From NCBI GenBank assembly GCA_951406725.2, contig OX597816.1, positions 31,930,001 to 31,994,000 on the forward strand: a stretch of DNA of 64,000 bases, read 5' to 3'. Positions 1 through 14,299 of this stretch are shown here, piece after piece (position 1 is the stretch's first letter; each line of letters opens with the position of its first letter). Below the pieces are notes generated by a model, which was not told where the DNA came from, did not search any database, and saw nothing but the letters and a program-made list of their open reading frames with translations. The stretch is from Octopus vulgaris. Taxonomy: Eukaryota. The translations under genes were made by a program, and so were the position numbers.

Positions 1-458
1 AAAACTTAATCATGTGTTCATTCTCTACTTGACATATATTATTCAGAGTATTGATTGTTTTGACTTGTGCAGTCAACCGTGTCAGCATCAGGTTATGACG
101 CCAAACATTTTGACTTGATATAGAAACACGGACGTAACCAGTCATATGACTACCTTTACCAATCAAATCCTATTCAAAACATATACTAATTTGAGTCATG
201 AAATCCCTATAAAATAGGGCAAGCTTCAAACACTAGTTAAATGCAAGGCGGCTGCAACATAAAGCACTTCTCCCTTTCAAACTTTTATCAAAATCAGTTT
301 CAACTGTGAAAAGAGTTAAAGCATAAAATATTAAAAAAAAAAAAAAACTATTTGCAATGCATATTCTTGGTATAATCCTACTCGTGTGCAATAAAATAAT
401 CTTGTTTTCTATATATATAGGAGAGTTATGGAACAAATGCAGATTTCCGATATACCGG

Positions 459-2144
459 ATATATAATTGCTAAAGCGGACAACAAACGCTCAGGCAAGAC
501 AAAATTATCATCTCATATACGCTGTTATTATTGGAGGAATTTAAATTGTTACAGCTGCTTCTGTGATATCACATAGAATGGAAAATTCCGTCACCGGCGA
601 CAAATAGGGAAAATGCGAATGGTATAGATTACTGAAACGTTGACATAGAGGGTGGGCGAAAAGGAATATAGAAATGAAAAAGAAAAGGAAAAAAATAAGC
701 ATTCCAATTTCCGATAGTGTAGTTGTTAGTCCAAAAGTCCTTAAATGCAATCTTGCGTAAATCCATGTATGCTTATAGCTTTAATAATGCAAATATTCAG
801 AGATAAATGCGAACGGATACCAATGCACCGTACACAATATATTAAATTATTACAATAGCTACTTTATTGGATCAATCCCTAATGTTAGACAAATATATTC
901 TGCACATTGAAACTCATTTAAATATAAAGAACGTAGCAATCCCACTTCACTAGACATTCACGTACACCATATAATTAATTGAAATATACAATACAGGTTA
1001 TGCGGGGCCAACATGGATTCCGGCATCCCATATCAGGGCCTACTCCAATTCTGGACTCTCCCTATAAGAATCCCTCAAACTTCACCACAATTGCTTAACA
1101 AACGCAATAAAGCATTCTCAACGATTTCTGCACAAATTCTTCTGCATTTTCAAATTATTCCTTAAATTAAAATCTAAACATGCCCCAACACATAACACTC
1201 ATATACATACCTCCATGATTGTTAATACATCCTCTAGTATAGCTCTTCCATCAATATTAGTAGTTTATATGATAACTGTTAAATCTTTCACTTTTTTAAA
1301 CCTTACACTATAACATCCACTAATATTTAGTTGTAACTCTTATTCCTAAATAATTTAACATCCAAATAATTTCTCCATTTACGACTGCCAACGCACTCAC
1401 AATCCCATAGCTAAAAGTATTTCTACACCCACTGACCCTATCCACATTTATTACTACTAGATATCCTCCCCGATCCCTAAAAACTAGAAGAATAGAACTG
1501 GCACATACAATCCTGTTTGAACCCCTTTCATTTTACATGTTTACGTTATCTTCCATTACCTCCGCGTCTCTCTTTATGTAACCTTATATATCTATTTATC
1601 TACTTGTTTATTTTTGTACCTTATATTTTTAAATATCTGATTATGTCCTTCATACCAGTCGTTGCTTTCCTTATCCACTTTCCCTACCTCTTGCTTCTCT
1701 ACCAATACCTTCCTGTCTTTCTATTTATTTTCCTTTCTCTTTATCCATTAATAGGAACCTGCGCAATCATTCTCTTACGAAACTTCGATACGTTCACATT
1801 TATCTCTAGCTATTTACACTATTAAAGCTATAACTATACATGGATTTAAACAGGACCCACATAAGGACTTATGGACTAACAACTACAATATCTGAAAATG
1901 AAATTATATTTAACTTTTTTCTCTATATTTCTTTATTCTTTTCCTGCTGTCTTCTATTTCACAATTTCATTAATCTATACCCTTCATATTTTATATATTT
2001 GTCTCCGATAAGGAAATATCTCATACTTTGATATATCCCAGAAACAAAAGTAAGACTTAAATTTTTCAAATAAATAATAGCATATAAGAGTTGAGATATT
2101 TGCCTTGATTTAGCGTTTCTTGTCCTTTTTATCAATTATATATA
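459..2144 (+). mobile_element. Decayed 5'-truncated Penelope-like element with inverted terminal copy
   Basis: 459-795 is a diverged reverse complement of 1811-2144; ORFs 541..750(-) and 1840..2031(+) share RTxGLTTT.SE. A GIY-YIG remnant lies between the arms. Confidence 0.7.
812..1080 (+). pseudogene. GIY-YIG endonuclease remnant (PLE, Naiad-like)
   Basis: The frame from 812 reads NGYQCTVHNILNYYNSYFIGSIPNVRQIYSAH*NSFKYKERSNPTSL...SGIPYQG. It is colinear with IYQCII...FYIGST...HYSTFRDRNKRNSTGL...SIPYDKG in ORF 57588..58769 and has internal stops. Confidence 0.7.
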
Positions 2145-2837
2145 TGTATAAACACCTATACATATAAATATATATATATATATATATGTCTATGAAGATC
2201 AACAAATTATTAATGATGAAACTTTATAGAAATAAATAGCATAGGAATAACAAATCTTTTAAATTTTTCCGTACTTTCTTGTCCGCTTACATACAGCGTG
2301 CTCTGTACGAGAACGTATTTTTCGTGGTTTCAAGATCTAACATCTTTCAGCAATGAAAGGAAGCCATACAGTGGTTTTCCACTTACGTTATGTTTATACA
2401 TGCACACACTCACACACACATACATACATCTATACACACACACACATACACGCGCGCACACACACACACAGATATATATAAATAATTTACATTCTACAGA
2501 TAATTTCTATGCATACTGACCACTGGAATAGATTATTATTTTTAATAAATTTTACATTTAATATGAATATTTTTGTTCTTCATTCAGGTAATTCACTGCT
2601 GAATTTTTATTCACTTCTTATTTATTCTGGCCTAACCGGATGCTTGAAGACATGGGAACTGAATTAGATAGGACTCGTTATGCACATGGGTTTTTTTTTT
2701 TAGGTTTGCAAGTATACCTATCCGGCAGTTTCTAATATAGATCCACTGATAATTGTTTAACTATTCAAAGTGAAACTTCGAGAAATAACTGGTTTTCTAA
2801 ATTGTTTTCACATTATGTTTCCTGCTTACACAGTACA

Positions 2838-3256
2838 CTTTTACTCTTTTACTCTTTTACTTGTTTCAGTCATTTGACTGCGGCCATGCTGCAGCACCGC
2901 CTTTAATCGAGCAAATCGACCCCGGGACTTATTCTTTGTAAGCCCAGTACTTATTCTATCGGTCCCTTTTGCCGAACCGCTAAGTTACGGGGACGTAAAC
3001 ACACCAGCATCGGTTGTCAAGAAATGCTAGGGGGACAAACACAGACACACAAACATATACACAAACACTTATATTTATATATATACATATATACGACAGG
3101 CTTCTTTCAGTTTCCGTCTACGAAATCCACTCACAAGGCATTGGTCGGCCCGGGGCTATAGCAGAAGACACTTGCCCAAGATTCCACGCAGTGGGACTGA
3201 ACCTGGAACCATGTGGTTGGTTAGCAAGCTATTTACAACACAGCCACTCCTTCGCC
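2838..3256 (-). mobile_element. tRNA-derived SINE, family A
   Basis: Pol III-like head (TGGCTGTGTTG ... GGTTCAGTCCC), internal CA/TA repeat and (TAAAAGAG)n tail. Near-identical copies at 17355, 48701 and 54891. Confidence 0.9.
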
Positions 3257-4124
3257 TATAGTAGGTGCTATGTATGAGAAAGTCTTTTTCGTGACTTGAA
3301 GATCTGATATCTTTTTTCAGCAATGCAAGGAAACTACTTAGAGCTTTTACTCTTAGTGTATAATTGGCTATGGTTATACACACGCTCACACTCACACGCA
3401 CATACACACATTCAAACACACACACACACACACTCGAATACACATGCACACACACATACATATATTATGTTGATATTAGTATGATGTGCACGCAGAGGAT
3501 AAATATATAACAATGGAACTATTTTAATCCAGATTTTTATATTATTGTATCAATAGTGAGATGATATTGATATCAGTCAATTGTCATTTAAACTTGCATT
3601 GGTCAAAATTAAATATCTAATTAAGAATTCATTAATTATTATAACATTTATTTATATGTTTTAATATTGACTATATAATGCTGTCATAAGTTAAAGTGCA
3701 GAACATCCTATAAGCAATCTCACTCCTCTGGTGGAATTCACGTAAATATTTTAAATTCATAAAACATATGATCAATAGCATTTTCCATGTAAATTCAGTG
3801 AAATACTAATACAATTTAAGGAAAAGCCATGCACCACTGTCAATTCCAGATTGAAATAAAGATTCTGGGCAGCAGGTGGGATTGTTACAACTAGTCGGAT
3901 ATAAAGTAGAAACAAGATATTTACAAGAAATATTTATATATTTTAGGTACTAGTTTCTACACACACATTTAACTTTTTGAAAATTTGTTCATTTTCTCAT
4001 TTGTTTCTATATGCTTATATGTATTCACACCCTTGTTTATGCAATTGCAAGCTTTTTCTGCTCCCTGATATGCACAACTAATACAAATGTGTGCATTCAA
4101 CCAATACATTTGGATAAACAGATA

Positions 4125-4352
4125 TACTTATTTCTTTATTGCCCACAAGGGGTTAAACATAGAGGGGACAAACAAGGACAGACAAAGAGATTAAGTCAAT
4201 TACATCGACCCCAGTGCGTAAGTGGTACCTAATTTATCGACGCCGAAAGGAAGAAAGGCAAAGTCGACCTCGGCGGAATTTGAACTCAAAACATAGATGC
4301 AGACGAAATACCGCTAAAAATTTCGCCCGGTGTGCAAACGATTCTGCCAGCT
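4125..4352 (-). mobile_element. tRNA-derived SINE, family B
   Basis: Minus strand reads GGCAGAATCG...GAGTTCAAATTCC (B box)...GTCGATAAATTAGGTACC. Homologous to 44126-44342. Confidence 0.85.
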
Positions 4353-4711
4353 ATACTGGAATGTTTACCGGCTGATGTCTGTCGACTTTATATGCTCTCC
4401 AGTTTCTTATTTACTATGCATCACACCACCACTCACACACTAGCACTGATCATTTCCCAGCCCCACACCATCATCCACACACCTATGCATTCACACACGC
4501 ACACACGCACGTGTCAAGATCACCAGCCCTCTTCCACACGCACGTACATGCTCTCCTATACATACGCACGCGCACCTTCGTTTTGGGATCACCACTACTT
4601 TATTATCTTCCCTTTTTCCAAGATCTCCTGTGTGACCTCTCAGTCCCGCATTCGCCATGATAGATCGCTAGACGCTACAAATTTTTACTTACTCTACCTG
4701 TTTCTGTGTTC

Positions 4712-4750
4712 CTCTCTGAGGAAGAGCGTAGGCTCGATACTTTCAAGACT
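4712..4750 (+). ncRNA. Degenerate minimal type I hammerhead motif in a PLE terminal-repeat-like fragment
   Basis: CTGAGGA-a-GAGC-gtag-GCTC-GATAC (GAAAC mutated). Same layout as the motif at 10207-10243. Confidence 0.55.
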
Positions 4751-4840
4751 TTTCTCTCCCCGAGCGTTAAACTAATATATTTGTTTGTTGTCGACACGAC
4801 CTGACTTCGTCTTTTTTCTGTGAATTCTCACTATATATGA

Positions 4841-4905
<65 letters not shown>

Positions 4906-6022
4906 TACATATATATGTCAATATATACATTCCAATATTGTGTCTTATAGACAGAAACGAATTCTAAGCATCAGAATGAAGCAGCTATCATATATATTTT
5001 TATTAAAATTTTGACATCCAGATTTATAAGCCTTAAAATAAGTAGACTTAAGTTAAAATACTGTTGAAGTTTGACAATATATTATTAAAACCCGTTATTA
5101 CTTTTTTTACTGAAATGGTGTATGAGTCTGAAATATCTTGAACTTAGCATAACAATACGCTACAGTGCAAATCACTTTTTTTCCTTTCCCCGTTTTTTCA
5201 TCAAAATATATGCATATGAAAGCGCATGGATACACACACATTCATGCTTCTAAGACGTTAACGTATTTTCTCATATATATTCATACGCAAGCATGCCCCA
5301 AGAAGTGAGCATTCATATACAAATATAAGTGCAAATAAATACATACATACACTCGCACACATACATGCGTATATACATACATACATGTATACATACATAA
5401 TTATAACAGCTAAAAAGCAAGAAACGCTGCGGTTTCGTATTCCACCGGAGGCTGCACAGGGCAGATGAGATATTTTCACACATTTTTACTATGAGAGCGA
5501 ACTTCACTACGCGGTAAATGCAGTGAATTAGAGCTTAGAATGTATTATATCACACTCATATTTTAACTAACTTAAAATTCATTCCTGCCAAATGAGAGGT
5601 TAATGCTCATGCTGCTGATTTCCACCGAGCGTGGGGTCAGATAACTCAACTAATCCAACGTTGTTTGAAATTGTTAACCTTTCAGAATCACCTCATTTCG
5701 GTATTTCCCATTGATAACAGTAAACTAGAAGAAAACTTTAAATTGAAGAGTAGATTCAAAATACATATTGTAAATAGGAACGCATTGATTAAGGACGCTA
5801 CGATGCGTAAGGAAAGGGATACGATGCGTAAGGAAAGAGAAAGAATGAAGGATGGGTGACGGAATATATTTGTAACATACGTACACACATAAGATCACGT
5901 ATATAAATATATGGAAATATGCACGTAAATACAAATCCATGCAAATATACCTATGGGTACAGCTATAAACATACACTCTTACTTACACATATACAGACAC
6001 ACACACACACACACGCACACGA

Positions 6023-6101
<79 letters not shown>

Positions 6102-6344
6102 TGCCTACAATGTAGACATCCACATAAAATCCTATCTAAGACCTAATATATATATGCAAACGAAATTTCGGAGTGTCTTATAATAAAACTCGGATAAAAT
6201 GAATAACATATAACGAATTATCTATAAATATAACGATTAAATGGGTTTGTAAAATACAATGAAATGAACTATAAATGAAATTACAATCTTAAACATATTA
6301 TAAGTCTACATAGTAGCAGTATAGCATATTGTATATCTACAAAG

Positions 6345-6459
6345 TACCAGTATAACCCGACTTTGCCCACAGGTAAGTCAGGATAATTAAGCTAATCAAG
6401 TTCTTTATTTCAAAGTATCATAGACTACAAATTTGGGCGAAATTTGTTATATATATCTG

Positions 6460-6512
<53 letters not shown>

Positions 6513-6668
6513 TATATATATATATATATATTATATATATATATATATATAATCTGTTATATATATATATATATGTGTGTATATATGGGCACCACACACA
6601 TACACATACACACACGTACATACGTGCACCTATCGCATACATATGTTTTGTACGCATACATATTCGTA

Positions 6669-6724
<56 letters not shown>

Positions 6725-7022
6725 GCCCGTATATCAACAAAACACTTCTTTCCTTGATGGAAGAAACAACAAACGTCTTAACAAAAACCTTACTCGTCGC
6801 CATTTTGCAAACAATGGTGACTTGAAAATTGTTAAAAGTTTTGGTTGAAAATATACTTTTACTACTATTCACTAGTGCATCTGGTAAAAATAAGTTGATG
6901 AAAATACAGCTAGGTTCATGATGAATGTCCTAATTTTGGAGCAAAGTTGTGGACTGCATGAATTGCATTCACGTACAGACACTGACACACACACACACAC
7001 ACATCCTGCCTTTTATATATAC
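6345..7022. mobile_element. Possible non-autonomous Helitron/HINE-like insertion
   Basis: Starts TACCAGTATAACCCGACTTTGCCC and ends (CA)n-TCCTGCCTTTTATATAT, with an internal microsatellite. It separates the PLE inverted arm from the GIY-YIG remnant. The call rests on general resemblance only. Confidence 0.3.
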
Positions 7023-7033
7023 ACATAACCACT

Positions 7034-7432
7034 GATGGAAAATGTCTGCAGAAAGGAATTGTGTATTGAGCTAAGGAGCAAATTGAAGGCTCTGGAGCTT
7101 CTGAAAATTGTTTGAAGACCCGATTTTATTCTCACAGAGATTTGTGCCGGTACCTCGAAAATGGGACAAAGACGGGCTTGGCAAAATATATCTGGGAAAT
7201 AAAAGAAAATGAAACTCGGCCTTTCAACAAGAGATGTAGAATTTTAGATAGAGCATCACCTTGCAGACACCGTACGAATAAAAGACCCATTAAATGTAAT
7301 TTTTGAGTTTCGGAAAAATTCTATATTTTAATCCAGGATAATAGTGCTTTGAATCAAAGACACGAAGTCTTTAATTCCTGCACACGCCCAACAAAATTTA
7401 AAATGTCAGCTGACAAAATTTCATATGGATAG
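7034..7432 (+). pseudogene. Naiad-type GIY-YIG endonuclease C-terminal remnant
   Basis: DGKCLQKGIVY*A...LKTRFYSH...TGLAKYIWEIK...ILDRASP...KCNF*VSEKFYI...LNQRHEVFNSC; two in-frame TGA (7067, 7304). Confidence 0.85.
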
Positions 7433-8590
7433 TATATATATATTTTTTAATATTGAACTTTTTAAATCCCACTGTTGCATTTGTATTCTGTAATGCATGT
7501 TTTATTTCGCATGGAAAAGATACTGTATATATTTCCACGCATTTCTTAAAAAAAACTTTCGATTGTTATATGCTTATATTATTTTCATGTTTAAGATTTT
7601 ATTATTATTTTTATTTCATTTTACAAAACGATTTAATCGTTATATTTATAGATAATTCGCTATATGGTGTTGCATTTTGCTTGTCTTTTAACCAATTGTT
7701 ATGATTATTCACTCAGCATTTTGTGAATATGTTTTATATATACGTTAGGACCTAGATATGTTTTTATGTGTCCGTCTGTGTATATGTGTTAGTAACAATG
7801 TGTGTGTAAACCTGTACACCTAGGTTGTATATGTATGCATGTATACACTTATATTTTAGTGGATATGTATTTACGTGCATATTTCCATATATTTATATAC
7901 GTGATCTTATATGTGTATTTATATGCCAATATATATATATGTATATATTTGTGTGTGTGTGAGTCTTTGTGTAATTGTATTTTATGAGTACTTTTGTTAC
8001 ACATATTCCGTCACCTATCCCTCTTTCTTTCTATAGCTGTTACGTTTAGGTTCTTATTTTCTATTTTTCCCTCCCTAAGTTTAAGATATACTTTCTATCT
8101 CTCTTTCTCCATAACTGACCTGTATATGTATACACCAAGAGATTTTTGTACAAGGGCATGATTGTGTGCATAAATGTGTATATGTGTATTTGTGCGTATA
8201 TTTATGTCTTACATATATATGCCTGTACATCTATGATGTTATGTGCATGGATATCTGTATTTTCATGTATATATATATTTTATAGAGGGCCTAGTCCGGG
8301 TATATACTGTTGTGAAATATTTATGTGATGCAGCATGATAATTTTAATTTTAATGTATTAATTGACTTATATTTCGTATATAGTTCTTTACAATATGTAT
8401 TTTGAAACTACTCTTCGATTTGAGGTTTTCTTCCGTTTTGCAATAGAATTAATTTATATTCTATTCATTTATCTTGTGCATTGCTTCCTTAAGACCGTTA
8501 ATCGAAAGTACCAATCAAACAAATACATTTTTAAAAGTGTATCCTTTAACTAGGTTTGATTATATCGTTATTTTTGTTCCATTTTAACAG

Positions 8591-8634
8591 AACTGTCCGA
8601 CGAACGGGAACATGAAACACTGAGTAACAGGTTT
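8591..8634 (+). ncRNA. Degenerate type I hammerhead motif
   Basis: ctgt-CCGACGA-acgggaacat-GAAAC-actga-GTA-acag; stem I ctgt/acag; homolog of 10935-10982. Confidence 0.65.
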
Positions 8635-8684
8635 TGTTATACTTCTGCAGCTTTGAAATGAATATATACATATCTACATACATA

Positions 8685-8729
<45 letters not shown>

Positions 8730-8975
8730 GCGTTTTGCGTAATGAGAAAAATAAAAATACAAGACCGTATAGATATTAGAGCATTTATAGACACAAAGTC
8801 TTATAACTGTTTCTAGGATAGTAATTAACAATAACCCTTCAGCGGAGACGGTCGAGAAGAAAACCTTAGTCGTAGATATCGATGTTATACAAATAGAGAG
8901 TGAGTTTGGGGGAAGGAGATAAATGTAAAATATGTATGGGTATTGAATTCGTAATTCCGTTTCATAGGTATAATG

Positions 8976-9015
<40 letters not shown>

Positions 9016-9084
9016 GTAATATTCCACTATCCTTTGAGTAAAATTGAAAGATCCATAAATATGTATATATACATATATATACAC

Positions 9085-9136
<52 letters not shown>

Positions 9137-9177
9137 TTATATTTATATAAATATATATAGGTATATCTATCTATCTA

Positions 9178-9225
<48 letters not shown>

Positions 9226-9916
9226 CATACATACATATATACATATAAGTGTGTGTGTGCTAACACGCCTATAACTACGCGCACAATTCATACAGTAGCT
9301 AGACGCTCCCATATAGAACAAGTGCTCTACAAAATTACACCAAATTTTTAGGCAAAATGCTCTCTAATAAGCATGTTTCGTGATTTGTTTCCTATGTCAT
9401 CCCATGACATGTTGTTTTGCAATGAAATAGTTTCTACAATAAACCTATCCTAATCTCAGAAGAAAACATTTTATTTTCTTGAAATAAGTTTTCCACAAAG
9501 GCGGATTCTCTAACCTTCTGAGAGTTCTGCAATTAAAATAAAATCCAGCATTGATGCCAGCTGAGTTCCCTAAAGATTTCTATATCATAACATTTCTCTC
9601 CTCGCTGTTAGTGAAAGCTAAATGTGTACATTCTATTATTATTCCAGAATAAAATCGATATCGTAGGAAGCATTGTAACAGGTTAACATTTGCAAATGAT
9701 ATACACGTAATAATATCATATTGAATAGTATAATATAAACAAATAAGAGAGTATGGATTTTCTTTTAATTTAAATATATTCATAAATAATTAACAAAATA
9801 AACTATCGGCCACCATGACAGTCACACAAAACAACACATAGACACATATCCGAATGAAGATTAATTACACACAAATATATTTCGAAATCACCGATTGCAT
9901 CTTCTTTCTGCATGTT

Positions 9917-9975
<59 letters not shown>

Positions 9976-10061
9976 AGATAGATAGATATATATATGTATA
10001 TATACATATGCATGTATATATTTATAAATATCTATATATATATATATACATATATTTGTGC

Positions 10062-10094
<33 letters not shown>

Positions 10095-10095
<1 letters not shown>

Positions 10096-10320
10096 TTGTG
10101 TGTGTGTAGTAAATAAACTCGAAGAACAAACACAAAAAACAACAACGTAAAGATGTGGTAAAGGTAAATTATTAGCAGACGCACAGAAAAGGAAATATAA
10201 AAAAATGATTTAACGTTTCGAGCAAAGTTCTTCTTCAGAAACAGCGATAAGTTCAATAGAAAAGGAAAGGAAGTAGGATGCAAACATTTCGAAAGATTCA
10301 CATGTGGTTCCATAAAAAAA
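10095..10320 (-). mobile_element. PLE terminal-repeat-like fragment with minimal hammerhead (10207-10243)
   Basis: Minus strand gttt-CTGAAGA-agaac-ttt-gctc-GAAAC-GTT-aaat, with palindromic AACGTT in place of stem III. Abuts a (TG)/(TA) repeat. Confidence 0.65.
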
Positions 10321-10830
10321 ATTATATATATATAACCAAATAAATAATATCACACTACGAATTACAAAAGCATATTAGAAGAATGCAGCTGGGCCCCGCG
10401 TGGTGTATTTCGAAGCTAACTATCCTCGATAGACTTCAGCCAAGACCATGCCGCATTCTTAGGATATTCTTTCGGTTGTAGACGTAAGTTTCGTATGATG
10501 ATTACGCTTATTTGTAATAGAGTAATTCTCATTTTTCTGTTTGAAAATGCCTAAGAAATGGATGAGATAATTACCTTCAGCCTGTTATTAATCATTTTCT
10601 TATAATAAACCAAGGGAACTTACGACTTTTCATACAAACTAGAGTATACCAGCAACGTACAATTTAAAATACCCCATGCTTTGGACCAAGCACAAGGCGC
10701 TAAATAATCATAGGGTCGATTTTGTCTTTGTACACTACAGGGATGTTATATTTGATACTTGCCAACCACAGATTTATCCAATCCTACCTCGTGCATATAT
10801 TTGTAAGCATATGTATATATATACATATAT

Positions 10831-10870
<40 letters not shown>

Positions 10871-10871
10871 T

Positions 10872-10904
<33 letters not shown>

Positions 10905-10934
10905 GTATTTATTTTAAGCAGCAGAAAATTCAAC

Positions 10935-10982
10935 AAAATCTGTTACTCTGAGTTTCTCGTTGCCGTTCATCAGACAGTTTTT
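10935..10982 (-). ncRNA. Type I hammerhead ribozyme motif, core intact
   Basis: aaaactgt-CTGATGA-acg-GCAA-cga-GAAAC-tcaga-GTA-acagatttt. Confidence 0.8.
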
Positions 10983-11167
10983 GCTAGTCAACGTACCCTG
11001 TATTTCCCGGGAAAATGGGGCTTATCCCTTGGTCCGTTCTCATAAGCATTTCGCTAACTCTATAACCACAATGCAAATTATGTAGGCCTGAAAACGGTTA
11101 CTGTGCATTTACAGAAAATACTGAGCTGTCTTCAACATGATGCGGCTTTTAGTAATTCTCAATAAGT

Positions 11168-11245
11168 TATGGCGGTGCCCTAGCAATGGCGGTGCCCCAG
11201 CATGGCCACAGCTTGTGAGCTGAAACTAAATAAAATTTTAAAAAA
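11168..11245 (+). mobile_element. Isolated SINE/LINE 3' tail with a 17 bp tandem duplication
   Basis: ATGGCGGTGCCC(T/C)AGCA twice, then TGGCCACAGC...TGAAACTAAATAAAA. Matches the family A tail at 17712-17760. Confidence 0.7.
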
Positions 11246-11982
11246 GCAAAATGTGAAGGCAGCTGTGTAAGAACATGAAATTGGTTACCCGATAGAAAAA
11301 AAATTAAAATAAAGTAGCTTAATAGTAGTAAAGGGCTTAATGATTCCCAGTGTATATAGAACCTAAGGAAATACTAATAAGGTATGTATAATAAAATAGT
11401 GAAGCAGGTTACGTAATAACAGGCTAATGAAATATGAGATGACAATTCAAAGAAAATAACTCTGAAAAGGGATTTAGTGCCTTCCCAGACAATATTCCCC
11501 TCAGGGGCGCTAGTGTTTTTATATTCATGAATATATCACTAACCGACATAAGTACTTCTATTGTTTAGGGAAATATTACTTCCTTGTTTAAGGGTTGTAC
11601 TTGATAATTTGAGAAATGATCCTAACAGTTGAAATACTAAGAAATATACAAATTCAATTTCATATTTTTTTATGATTTAGAAATACGTATGGATTATTTC
11701 CCTTGGCCACATAAAAGGATCACTTCCTGGAGTGAATGTGATAGTTCCTTTGGTTTTTAAAATAAAATATTTTAGATGTATAAGGATCCCTGCCAGAAGC
11801 CCTATTATAAATTTTTCAGCAATTTGAGTATGCCATGAGTTTTCCATATACGAGTTCTACTCACGTGTCAAGTTACATCAAAATGTACGAGAAGTTACCT
11901 AAAAACTCCACAAAGACACGAACAGACAGAATGTTTCGCATATATGTAGTATATATGTATGTATGTATGTATATATATACAT

Positions 11983-12042
<60 letters not shown>

Positions 12043-12049
12043 GTATATA

Positions 12050-12126
<77 letters not shown>

Positions 12127-12422
12127 GGCAGAAATGGAGGGAGGTAATTAGGTAGTTACATATACGTAGAGATTTATTTAGATACAGATAGTTATATAAA
12201 TAAATAGGTAGACATATATACATATATGTATATTTATGTATGTATCTATAACATACATATTCATAAACGCAGCTTGCAAGGTTTTACTTAAATTAGTTTA
12301 TCCAATGTAATAAAGTTCTTATATTTGCCTGGAGATTTAAGATGAATATTTTTGCGATAGGTTAACTTTGTTCTATGAATAATAATTCAAACATTTTAAA
12401 ATAGTTACGGAAGCTATCTAGC

Positions 12423-12478
<56 letters not shown>

Positions 12479-14299
12479 AGATAGATATATATAGATAGAA
12501 ATATAGATATATAGATAGAGAGAGATATATAGACCTATATGCATACGTACATATATATATACATATGCATATATACATATACATATATATATATAAACAT
12601 ACATATGCATAGATTTGTATGTGTGTATATATATACATATATATATATATATGTGTGTGTGTGTGTATGTGTGTGTGTGTGTGGGGTGTGTGTGTCTCAC
12701 TTACTACAACTCAGTTTTTCTTAGCATTATACAGAAGACAATAATTTATGCAAATATAGTCTACAGCAACTAGAATTTCTAATTCAATTTCGAAAATCAG
12801 TCCAGAAACATCTGTCTTCGTATACAGATTGAATTTTATATAAGGCCTTAAGCATTCTCCAAACTCATTGTTCCATAGTATATATATGATAGCTATTTAT
12901 CATGTCATCACCCTCTATTTCCATCTTTTCTCTCAGAAAATCATACTCAACGTGTCTATAATATAACTTAACTCATTGTATTTCCTGCAACACCAAACTC
13001 AATATAATTGAATATAATTTGAAGCACTACTTTTTTTATTATGTTGCTCAAATACATATTCTGAAACTTGATGTTATGAAGGTAGTTTTCCAAGTAATTT
13101 CACTTACCCTATATCACTCTAGGATGTAAAGAATTATACTTTTCGCTCTAAGTAACTTGTATGTCATTATATCATAAATTGCTCAATCTATATTGTAATT
13201 TCAGTAAACTGAAATTACAATATTTGCCGCTAAATTTGCAATCCGTTTGATAATTGTACAGCTCGTGTGGAAATTTTACTGCTCGTATAGAAATTGTGTG
13301 CTTTGAGAAAATCCACAATATTTTCCTTGTGTCTTTACAGCATTTGGGAATATTTTGTGGATGATTAGACATTTTCCTTTCAAGAACAATTGTATTTCTC
13401 TTATCGTTCGAATACATCACCTACACTGTGAACAACAGAAAATTTTATTTAAGCTGACTGTTTACAGAACCATAGCCAATATGAAAACCGAGTATGCGTC
13501 AGAAATTTTCGCTACACATGAAACAGCAATGTGAAGTGCTTACGATTATCTCTGACACTGTATATGGGTATTACAAATTAATTGTTAATTGAGAAGTGAT
13601 AGGAGTAAAAAAATTGCACACCATTTACCCCGCAGGATATTAGAAGCCACTACATTGAAACCAGTTGTTTATCGACAAAAGATGATTATGTCACGACAAT
13701 CGGTAACGAAATACGTAGTTGTTGAACAATCGAAAACAAAATACATAACTGTTGACATTTAGCCCTAACTTCAGTTATAGCAATCATCATAAAAATCAGT
13801 TTTAAAACTATAAGCTCTATTACACAAAATAAACAAAAGGACATTTGTATGCGAGACGTCCCCAAAATCTTGTCTAATTTTGTGAATCATATAATGTAAA
13901 AATATTATATGAAAGCTACTGACTATCCTAGAATATAAGTGTGATATTAATCAAACGGTAGAAGAGCATGATCCTCATCTTCGAAAAGAAAAATGAGAAA
14001 GAAGTCATAACATGCCTACCTACTGTATACAGCACATATTTTGTTATAGGAAAAATAAATAGTTAGTCTTACATATTTATCACATCCATCTGAAAATAGA
14101 TTGCAAAAGCAGTACAATGTAATTTATATTCATTAGAAAAATGTACTTCAGCGTCATACGATTTTAATATCAAAATGCCTTTTCTTTTCTGTGATTCACA
14201 TCCATCAATTGTAGCCTTCTTGGAACTCAGTATCAAACATACTATTAATGAACAGCAAATCATTCTAACACTATAATCAATAGTGGACTAATCAATAAA

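Larger units (their letters stand above)
5715..8650 (+). mobile_element. Decayed Naiad-like PLE remnant with inverted 5' copy
   Basis: Blocks of 5715-6300 are reverse complements of 7585-8440 (ORFs share YLRAYFHIFIYVIL and YNMYFE.TL.F.VFF). GIY-YIG remnant at 7034-7432 and HHR at 8591-8634. Confidence 0.7.

Noticed and set aside
3014-3277. Recurrent ORF MSRNARGTNTDT (also 17314, 48880, 55070) as a gene family
   Set aside because: It is the antisense reading of SINE family A.
5799-5840. 21 bp tandem duplication TACGATGCGTAAGGAAAG.GA
   Set aside because: Two-copy slippage duplication within a PLE arm; not a CRISPR-like or functional array.
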